Below are positions 1 through 10,600 of a DNA stretch of 64,000 nt, in pieces. The translations under genes were made by a program, and so were the position numbers. The stretch is from Octopus sinensis (Eukaryota). The notes under the pieces were generated by a model that ran no database searches, had not been told where the DNA came from, and saw only the letters and a list, made by a program, of their open reading frames with translations. How positions within the stretch are numbered: the first letter of the stretch is position 1; every line of letters begins with the position of its first letter. Location: assembly GCF_006345805.1 (NCBI RefSeq), contig NC_043001.1:115692001-115756000 (forward strand). Reading direction: 5' to 3'.

Positions 1-150
1 CGGGAAGTGAGAAAGTCTTTTATGTTTCAAGCCGACGCTCTTTGACAGAAAGGAACACAGAAAAAACAGGGACCGAATATAAAAAGAGGGAGAGAAAATA
101 AAAAAGGTTTAGTGGCTCGCGATCTATCATGGCGAATGATATATATATAT
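1..150 (-). mobile_element. Probable Penelope-like pLTR fragment with a degenerate minimal hammerhead-like motif (17-52)
   Basis: Minus strand CTTT-CTGTCAAA-GAGC(gtcg)GCTT-GAAA-CAT-A-AAAG: stem I, stem II and GAAA in hammerhead order, but the core deviates from CUGANGA; abuts (TA)n. Confidence 0.4.
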
Positions 151-863
151 CCGGCAAAAAGAAAATGGAGGGGATACAAAAATTACATAGATCAGCCAGT
201 AGGCATTCTATTAAGTCTATCTATTCCAAAACAAAAGGGAGTATTATAAAAATACATACACATTCAAAGACTGTGTGCTACACAAATATATACAAGTAAA
301 ACATAAAATATCAGTTCCTTACGGCCGTTTCTGCCAAGAGGCCACAATATCCTCCATCTCTTCAGTGTTCTGTAGGGATTAGTAGATAGAGTTTGGATGC
401 TGAGTGTGCTAATGATTTTGTAAAAGTAGAACTTATTGAGAGGCTGATTGTACAAAGTGTACTTCTCTAGGATATAATCTCAGAATGTACTAACACTAAT
501 TTAATTGTCAATATTTAGTACAGTATGTACTATTTCCATCAATTCAATATTTGGTTCTGATATTAACATTAAGGGAAGCTATTCACAAATATGTTTAGAG
601 CAATAAGGGTTTTTCTAAGATAAATTTCTTGCTAGAGTTATAAATAAACAGGAGTGATTTTGGATACTGGAGGAGAACAGTTAATCACATTTACTATTGC
701 AAATTTATTCCCATTCATTGTGTCTCATGCCTTGGCAAATATCTACTGAATTCATTATTACTTAATTATTTGGATTTTTTTGTACAAATTAAGGCTTACA
801 AAATAAATTTTTATGAACTACATCATTAAGGGTAAGGATTGATAAAAAGGTAAAATATCAGAG

Positions 864-877
864 TTAAATAGGAATAT
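864..877 (-). CDS. Probable terminal coding exon (D)IPI-stop, followed by 3'UTR
   Basis: cttcttacag|ATATTCCTATTTAA in phase 1; AATAAA on the minus strand at 704-709. Very short, so weakly supported. Confidence 0.5.
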
Positions 878-3215
878 CTGTAAGAAGTTTATCGTATATG
901 CAATGGAATTTTAATATTTTGAAAGGTTTTTAGGTGTGGCTGTGAGGTAAGAAGTTTAATTTCCAAACACATGGGTCTGGGTTTCGTCATATGATGTGGC
1001 ACCTTGGGCGAGGGTATTCTGCTATAATCCTGGGCTGACCAAAATCTTGTGAATGGATTTGGTATATATATAAGGGAGTGTGTGTGCCTTTGCGTTTGAT
1101 TCCCATCACCACTTGACAATTGTGTTGGTTTGTTCACATCCACATAACTTAGCAGTTTAGCAAAAGAAACCAATAGAATAAGTAAAAGGCTTAAAAATAA
1201 TAAGTACTCGGGTGGATTTGTTGGACTGAACCCTTGAAAGTGGTGCCTTAGCATGGCTGCAGTCCAATGACTGGAACAAATGAAAGACATGCATTAAGCT
1301 GCCTCTACTACTCAAAGAAAGAGTGAACCAAAATTTTGCTAACTCTTGCTCTAATGAATGAAATTTTATTATTCGATTGCTTATATACTTACCATCAGGT
1401 TTCCTTGAAACATTAACGTAAGAAATCTTCATGTCTTTAAAAAATTAGAAATAAAAACAATAAATAGCGTTATGTTAGTATTGTGTTGATACTACAATAA
1501 TAAATGCTAATGAGACAGACTCAAACACACTCATACACACATATTAAAGATAAAAGTTAGAGAATGATACATTTCATGACTGTTAGCTTTCTGTTAATGT
1601 TTAAGATAATTTCTAAGATCATGCTGTGTACTAACAATATTGTTTATACTTACCTGCTGGTTTCAATTCTAAATAACTGGGCCCACTAGCTTCAGCATAT
1701 TGCTCTTCATTAGCTTCAAAAAATTATAGAAAGATGTGCACATTTATTGTTTGGAGAGGATAGTTTTAATATTTTGATATTGTACAAAAAGTAACTAAAA
1801 AAAATAAAATACTAGTGAGATCTGTGGAAATTCCACAGAACGAAAGAGATTAAGCAAAGCTATTTAAGAAAGAAAGGATGATTGTTATTTGTATTTTGCT
1901 AAGTGATTTCACTTCCAGTTGCAAAATAGTATATGATTTTGAAATTTCCTTCTGCTAAGCACCTTATATTTCTCTCTTTCTCTCTACCTCTTCAACAAAC
2001 ATTTTAACCATGTAATTCCCATCTTCATGTCTTTAACATTTCCCTCTTTCTCTTTCCACCCTACAGTATGTCATTAACACTTCTCTCTCTCTCCCACTTT
2101 CCTCTCATCGTATTTGTGTCTTGCTCTTTGCCTCCCCCTTCAACTAACTACGTGATGCATTTGACCTTAGTGTATTATTATACTCCTCTCTTCTTCTTGC
2201 TTCTCTACTCACATTTCTCCCTCTCTCTCTCACTTTTACTGAACCTCTCACTCATTCCATTTCCACCTCTCTAACAAACTAAAGTATAACAGGTGAACAA
2301 ACAAGCAAATTATTATATAGTGTATATTTTATATGCAACAATGTTTTCACACATGCTACCCCAAGAAACCGAACTAAATCAGCTCTTCTAAACAGTATCT
2401 TTCTCTTCTTCACATTTCCTCTTCCTGCCATTAAAAACATCTCCTAAGTATGGTTCACCTCCTATTGACATTTCTCCTTTATCCTTACCATCAATGAGCT
2501 AACCTCCACTGTTGTTATTGATTTTCCCTTTTTCCACTACTCACCACATCTTACATCTGCTGCCACTTCCAACAGACATCCATTCCAGGTTCCTACCACA
2601 AATGATCCTCCACCCTTCAAATTGGTATCCCTTTCTTAATTTCCCCACTAATCACAACTGCCAGCCCCACAACTCATGACCCTATAATGAGCCCTCCATC
2701 ATTCTCCTGTCGAAAGTGCTATGCTGCTGCTGTAAGAGACAAAAATAGAATACACCATACATTTATACCATACATATTGCCATCTCTGTACTGTGAGTTG
2801 CCACTTCCTTTCCTTTGTACTATTTCCAGTCAGCATCTATTCCTTTTTCTTACTGTGTCCCCTTCTATACGTAAATCCTTTCCCTGTTCATGATTTATTA
2901 AAACTCCTATGTTCATTTGACCTGTTTCATTCCATGGTTTGTATTCACCTCCTTTTCTCCCAAACTCTTACAACCTTACACACCAGCATCCCTGATTCTG
3001 AAGTATCATCACTATAAATACAGAATGGAAGAAGATATGAGAGTGGAGGTCAAGTAGACAGCACGAACGTGTGTGTGTGTATATATATATGTATATGTGT
3101 GTGTGTGTGTGTGTGTGCGCATGTGTATGTATGCTTCTCTGGAGGCTGTCAAAATGATGTAGATGCCTCCAATGAGTAACAGATTTTGTTGAATATTCTG
3201 CTGCTTTAAATAAAG

Positions 3216-3264
<49 letters not shown>

Positions 3265-4140
3265 ATATATATATATAAGATGTGTTTCAAAGCACAGTAA
3301 GTTCATATTTATGTGAATTTTTGTGATGAAGATGATTCAATCACTCTTCATTGAACTGAATTGGTTGACTGCTGTGTAATCCATCCTTGAGGTCAAAATT
3401 CCCATTTTTGAAGCTCAAAAACCAATGGTGGGTAGTAGTTTGAGAAATTGCTCCTTCTCAATACACAGGACAAATCTCAAAAGCAGCTTTGGCAGGATTA
3501 ACAAATTGATTAAATGAAAAAGCAAATGGTGTGGAAAATGCTAAGTTTTTTACCTCTTGAAAGTGCATTTTAATGATCTGAAAATGCACAAAAATCAATA
3601 AAATTTAAAAAATCAAAATTCATCTTGTTGAGCAGAAATTTCTCTCAAATAACATAAAAGGTTTTGCCAATGTATTTTATTTCCGTGCACATTGTTAAAT
3701 GTGAAGAAAAGACCTATGAATTATTCCTCAGCCCAATGCGTTAAGGGCTGGCCAAAATCACTGGACAGCAAATCAAAACCATTTAATTCCAAGATTTACT
3801 TATGTTTAACAACTGAATGGGTTTAATAAAAGCAACTAAATGTAAAACATCATGGAAATTGTTCAAACTGAAGACCTTCTTGAGTGACACATTTTTCCAT
3901 TTGAGTCAATACAGAATTACAGCAGAGAGTATTTATGGAAATTTGATTTGCTGTTGGGTAACTTTTCATCAAACTGTATATATATATGGTGGTAGTACTC
4001 TGTCAGTTACGACAATGAGGGTTCCATTTGATCTGATTAATGGAACCGCTGGCTCATGAAATTAACGTGCAAGTGGCTGAGCACTCCACAGACGTGACTG
4101 CAAGTATGCTGCCCTAACAACTGGGCTATTGTGCCTCCAC

Positions 4141-4209
<69 letters not shown>

Positions 4210-7200
4210 TGAAATAGAAAGATGAATAATCTTGTTGCAGATTAATCAAAAGTTTAACCGATACCTTGGTAGCAAAATCACAGCAGAAGACAGCACGGTT
4301 GGAGGTACAACCATATGGTGTTGCAACCGTGCGTTGGTGCGGATAATTGAATTTTAATATTATTAGTGAATTGAAGAAATGGAGTTGAACGAAGATTGAA
4401 CAGAAATCGTTTTATTGCATTCTACACGTGTTTCGAAAGGCACAATTTACCAAATTCCGATTGAATAATGAGACCATATTGTGTCTTTCCTTCAGGAAGA
4501 AATAGGAAATCCGTTGGAAAAAACAAAAACAGAACAGAGGCGGAGCAAAACAAATCGAACAAGGCTCCTAAGAGCCCATGGCCAAACTGTTTATCAATGT
4601 ATGTTGAAAACGGGTGGTGGGTGCGTTGAAGATTTTAACGGGTCAGGCAGCGGTCATTCCGGTGGGTGAGGGCACGGGGTGCGTAGATGTTCTTTGTGAC
4701 CGAGACTAAAGTTCTGACTATTTAAAGAATATTAGGTGTATTATATGGGGCGAGACAAAATCTACTTAGAAACATGTGTGTGTGTACTGTTCTATATATG
4801 TGCGGCCGCAAGTTGGTAAGAAGCGCTACACTCTGGTCACTGCTGAGAAATCCGTCAGGGGGTAGAAAATATTTTATGTGTACGTGTGTGCGTTTGATCG
4901 CGCGGCCGTCAGTTGGTAAACAGCTCTACACAATGGTCACTGCTGTAAAATCCGTCGGGCGGCAGAAAAATATTTTATGTGTGCGTGTGTTCGTCTAATC
5001 ATGCCTTGTCAAAGAAACCCCCCGTCGTCAAAAACAAAACACCATTCGTCTCCCAGGAGTAATTCCCCTTGCAATGGTTAATCATATTTCTCTTAAAAGC
5101 TTTTTCAGACTTTATTACCAAGGGCTATTTTCATATAAGTAGTGTAACCGGGTGCAGGTATTATTTATAAGCGTTATTTATAAGCAAGATAAGTATAACG
5201 CCGCCAATGGGGGCATCGAAAAGCCGACTGTAAAAGTCCGTTTACCATCCGGTCTCTGGCGAACAATATATGGAAGAGTTCGGAGACACAAAGGTTGCAC
5301 TTCCTTCTGCCCCTGTCAAATGGGAGGGCCACCGACAAAATTGACCATTCCAGCCTGTAGCTTGAGTTCGTATTCTTCAATCGCCATATTAGCTTGCTAA
5401 GTCCCGTGGTCTGGCGTTTATTCACGTCTCGAAAAGTTGCGTAATGGTTGGAGATTCGTAAGGCCAATCTTGACGATGAGGCCCCGACATAAGCGTAGAC
5501 ATCTGAGTCCGTGTAAACCTTGCATTGGTAGACGGCGCTTCTGATCTTGGAGTTCACCGACGTGAACCTTATTCTGTTAGGATTAGTTTCTGAAATTAGA
5601 ACTGTGTTACTGTCACTATATTTGTTGCGAGAACTGCAGCCGCTTACTACTTTATTTTCCACTACGTCACTGTTAACTAACGGAATAACCCCTGATTCTA
5701 CACTATCAATCAGAGTGCTGTCATTGCTAGTGCCCGTGGTGCTGCTATTGCCGGAAACGATGCTGGAGTTGCTATTGGGACTCTCTACCCTAACGAGCCG
5801 AGCTGCGCTCACCTCACTACTGCCATTGCTACCGTCAATGACAACACCCTTATTTATAACTATACCCCTAGCATATAATCCCTGGTTGGAGCTGAGATTA
5901 TGAGTCACTGTACTGGCTCTCATATCATTATTGCTACTATTATTATTCCTACTGAGCATTAAACCGGGAGCGGAAGAAGCTGTGCCTCCGGAAAAAGGTG
6001 ATAGGGTCTTAGTAAGCAGCCTATTATTATGGGAGGCGATTATCTAGGCGAGGTTTTTAGTGTTGGAGAAAGCTATCCTAACTTTATGCGAGTTAACCGT
6101 GGAGTAATATTTGGAATTTCTGGGGAAGTTATTGGCGATGGCTTGTCGAAACATGAGGGGGAGGTTAGTTCTAATCTGCTTACCAAAGGGAATTACAAAC
6201 CATATATGCTTATTCCTATTTATGTGGTGGGTCGGGACGCCAGCTCTCGCATTCGGGTGGGTGATTCTCGGATGAATAACGGGTTTTGGGTTAGTGTGAG
6301 ATCCCCCGGACCGATAATTATCCTTGTTCGCTAAATTAAATGCGAGAGCGACTGCCCCAGCACCCGTCGCGCTCCCGTCACTACTTAAATTGTTTATGTT
6401 ATTATAGACGGCCCTATCCTGATGACCGAATGATGGCATCGGAAGGGCCGGATCAATATAAATTACCTTCTGCCTATAACCGGCCTTGGATAGTGCGGCG
6501 TTATAAAATTCCGCTTTCTGCATAAAAATATCGGCACTAGCGGACAAGCCAGACAATCTTAGAGAGATGTTTTTAACCAAATTGTCTGTTACGGTTTTGG
6601 CATGATTGGAGAAGACACTGACATACTTCAAATTAGTAGAAGGCTTATGGTAAGGGCAGTATGAGTCGCTATTAAGGTTAAGTGTAACGTCTAGGAAATT
6701 AGCCTTGGTGAGTTCATTATCAAAAACTATATTCATGCCCATTCTATTAAAAAACCTAGCTAACCTGCTCTTAGTTTTCTGCACTATTCTGTTCGTGGTG
6801 TTTTGCAGGTAAAACAGACAATCGTCACGATACAGGCCGCCCGCGATCTCCGGGAATTGGTCAGACAATTCGTAGAGAATATATATTCCGACCAAATCGG
6901 CTATCTGCGCACTATCCGAACTACCCATAGGCACCCCATGCCCTCACACACCGGAATGACCGCTGCCTGACCCGTTAAAATCTTCAACGCACCCACCACC
7001 CGTTTTCAACATACATTGATAAACAGTTTGGCCATGGGCTCTTAGGAGCCTTGTTCGATTTGTTTTACTCCGCCTCTGTTCTGTTTTTGTTTTTTCCAAC
7101 GGATTTCCTATTTCTTCCTGAAGAGAAAGACACAATATGGTCTCATTATTCAATCGGAATTTGGTAAATTGTGCCTTTCGAAACACGTGTAGAATGCAAT

Positions 7201-7244
7201 AAAACGATTTCTATTCAATCTTCGTTCAACTCCATTTCTTCAAT

Positions 7245-7284
<40 letters not shown>

Positions 7285-7534
7285 TACACACATACACATA
7301 AAGTAAGTACAGATTGAGCAATGGGGTTGATGAAATTGATTTCTACCTCCTAAAAAATTGCTGGCCTTGTGCCAAACATTGAAACCAATGCAAAATTATT
7401 TGTCATTTGGTGTTAATTATACTTACTGAGAGCTTCATCTGGAATAGTTGCATAATTATTTTCAGTACCTTTAAGAAAAGAAATGGAAAATGCAAAACTT
7501 ATTATTTCAGTGTGTAGTGCATGGTATCTAAAAT

Positions 7535-7620
<86 letters not shown>

Positions 7621-10600
7621 CACATATACATGCACACACACACATGAAGTCCTTCTTGAGAGACACATTTTTCCATTTGAGCCAATACAGAATTACAGAT
7701 AGTATTTATGGAAATTTGATTTACTTTTGGGTGACTTTTGGTCAAATTGTGTGCGTATATATATAATATATATATATATGTATATATATATATGGTGGTG
7801 GTACTCTGTCAGTTACAACAACGAGGGTTCCAGCTGATCTGATCAATGGAACAGCTGGCTCATGAAATTAACGTGCAAGAGGCTGCTGAGCACTCCACAG
7901 ACATGTGTACCCTTAATGTAGTTCTCGGGGAGATTCAGTGCGACAGAAACAGGAAGTAAGAGTGAGAGAAAGTTGTGTTGAAAGAGTACAGCAGGGTTGC
8001 CCCTCCCCCCCTGCTGGAGCCTAATGGAGCTTTAGGTGTTTTCATTCAATAAACACTCATAAAGCCTGATCTGGGAATTGAAACTGCAATCCCATGACTG
8101 CAAGTATGCTGCCCTAACCACTGGGCTATTGCACCTCCACTATATATATATATATATATATATATTGTATGATGCATGTGTACGAACAGCCATGCTACAT
8201 GGCAGTGAAACATGGGCCGTGACTGCTGAGGATATGCGTAAGCTCGCAAGAAATGAAGCCAGTATGCTCCGATGGATGTGTAATGTCATTGTGCATACTT
8301 GACGGAGTGTAAGTACCTTGAGAGAAAAGTTGGACCTAAGAAGCATCAGTTGTGGTGTGCAAGAGAGACGTTTGCGCTGGTATGGTTATGAGGTGAGAAT
8401 GGATGAAGATAGTTGTGTGAAAAAGTGCCACACCCTAGCTGTTGAGGGAACCTGTGGAAGAGGTAGACCCAGGAAAACCTGGGACGAGGTGGTGAAGCAT
8501 GACCTTCGAATTTTAGGTCTCACTGAGGAAATGACTAGAGACCGAGACCTATGGAAGTATGCGGTGCGTGAGAAGACCCGGCAGGACAAGTGAGACCAAA
8601 ACCCATGGCCTCAGTCCACTTATGCATACCTTTCCTTCTTGGGACACAAAACTTTACTCGTGAAGACCTGTAGAGGCAAGTGAAAATCAAAATCAAAATC
8701 AAAATCAAAAATCAAAATCGATCAACATCAATGGAAATTGTAGCTGTGATACCAGTGCCAGTGGCACATAAGAGAACCATCCGAACGTGGCCGTTCCCAG
8801 CGTCACCCTGACTGGCTTCCATGCCGGTGGCACGTAAAAAGCACCATCCACTTGTGGCCGTTTGCCAGCCTCGTCTGGCACCTGTGCTGGTGGCACGTAA
8901 AAATCACCCACTACACTCATGGAGTGGTAGGCGTTAGGAAGGGCATCCAGCTTTAGAAACATTGCCAGATCAGACTGGGCCTGGTGCAGCCTTCTGGCTT
9001 CCCAGACCCCAGCTGCACCGTCCAACCCATGCCACCATGGAAACCGGATGCTAAATGATGATGATGATATATATATATATATATATATACACATACATAT
9101 ACATATATACACACACACACACACACACAAAAAGTAAGTACAAATTGAGCAATGGGGTTGATGAAATTGATTTCTCCCTCCCAAAAAATTGCTGGCCTTG
9201 TGCCAAACATTGAAACCAATACAAAATTATTTGTTATTTGGTGTTAATTATACTTACTGAGAGCTTCATCTGAAATAGTCACATAATTATCTTCAGTACC
9301 TTTAAGAAAAGAATGTGTCTGTCTGTGTGTTCCCCTAAAACTTGAGAACTACACAACCAATTTCATTCAAACTTCACACATGCCTTACTTAGGGTCCATG
9401 TACTTTCATGATCAAAAAAACGTTCGACTTCTTGTTTAAGGCGAGCCCATAGCAATATCATATCTTCTCCACTATTTCAGTATTACGTGTTAAAAGTGAA
9501 ACAAAAACTGACAATATTTTCACCATTTATACGGAAGCATTTTTGTTAGAATGCCTTCGATAGAAGAAAGTCCAAAATTGAATTTTGCTGCAGCCGTCAG
9601 CGGGTGCAAACTCTGGATCTGTAGTATGTCTGTTTGGGTGTGTACTCATTATTGTGAGGTTTCACATATCTTTCACATAATTCATGTGATACTTATGGTG
9701 TTATGGGTTCATAAGTTTGTATATAACTTGTAATGTCATGGATATGTGTGAGACCCATATATATCTGTGAGAGGAGCGCAGCATACGTTTATGAGGTCAT
9801 GTGTTTTTTCATGCATGAAGTTCATATAATGCGTATAACTGATGTTTGGAATGAAAATTTATCCAGGTTGCACGGGAGACAGAGTAGGTGGGGATATTTG
9901 CTTGAAATTTCAGAGTGTGAAATGCTGCTTATGCATGCAAGGGAAGAAGGTGTCATCCCTAATATTTAAAATATTCACTTTTGCTGTGATAATATTTAAT
10001 TTTTCAGTGATGTAAAGCTTGCATTTCCTGCCCCGTCCTCTGTACTTGTTGGCCTCAGCAATAATACTCCAGGTTATCTGGATGTTGCTCACACCTCTCT
10101 TTTTCAGTCTCTATACTTTATTGGCTAGGATTATTGTGTGTTTTTTGTTTTTGGCTCTGAACAAAGGTGTTATTTGAAGGTGTTCCCTATCATTCCAATA
10201 TATGTATTTGTTACTGTTCAAACCCATGTTATTGGTCTTATATACTAGTCCTTTTTCTGGGCACCCATTGTTCAGGAACAGCTATCTGAAGATCTAGAGG
10301 GGTTGGACAAAAGAATGGAAACACGTAGCATCATAATTTTCAAATATCTATAAAACCGTCAAACGTTTGTTTATGTTTATGTTTTTTGATTTATTATTAG
10401 TGTTGCTTAATATGTTTTGCTAAAATTGCTGTTTCTTTTCAGATATCAACAGAAAAAGTTAATTGAAATTCATTAAAATGACAGATCTATTGGACTTTCA
10501 AAGAGGTCAAATTGTGGTATGCGTATAGCAGGCGCTAGCGTAATGAAAACAGCTGAAGTGTTTGGTGCATCATGAAGTCCTGTCTCAAAAGTAATAACAG

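Larger units (their letters stand above)
4207..7250 (-). mobile_element. Penelope-like retroelement (probably Naiad-type), 5'-truncated, with inverted terminal repeat, inserted in (TA)n
   Basis: RT motifs GVPMGS and GLYRDD; thumb IWFVIPF..TN; C-terminal GIY-YIG (AVYQCKV..YVGAS..CNLC..E..CPH); 4364-4682 inverted at 6931-7250; (TA)n on both sides. Confidence 0.92.
3860..9311. repeat. Local tandem duplication (unit = unique A + SINE + (TA)n + exon-bearing B); copies about 3860-7480 and 7645-9311
   Basis: 3860-3985 matches 7645-7765; SINE 3987-4140 matches 7794-8140; about 7290-7480 matches 9132-9311, including the 42-nt exon. Confidence 0.85.

Noticed and set aside
264-469. Alternative terminal exon (EKYTLYNQPLNKFYF...)
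   Set aside because: In phase and open, but the acceptor is weak and the peptide looks random. The first suitable acceptor (877), with AATAAA downstream, is preferred. Not excluded without cDNA.
5174-6934. Selenocysteine recoding, as reported for some Naiad PLEs
   Set aside because: The only in-frame stop is TAG at a non-Cys position, and I could not fit a SECIS in the 3'UTR. The missing 5' half cannot be judged.
4481-7186. Twin ORFs 4481..4669 (+) and 6944..7186 (-), and plus-strand ORFs 5547..5903 and 6029..6334
   Set aside because: Antisense frames of the PLE pLTR and ORF.
7794-8140. tRNA gene calls for SINE heads here and at 930, 3987 and 28860
   Set aside because: A/B-box-like heads continue into SINE bodies and do not form complete cloverleaves.
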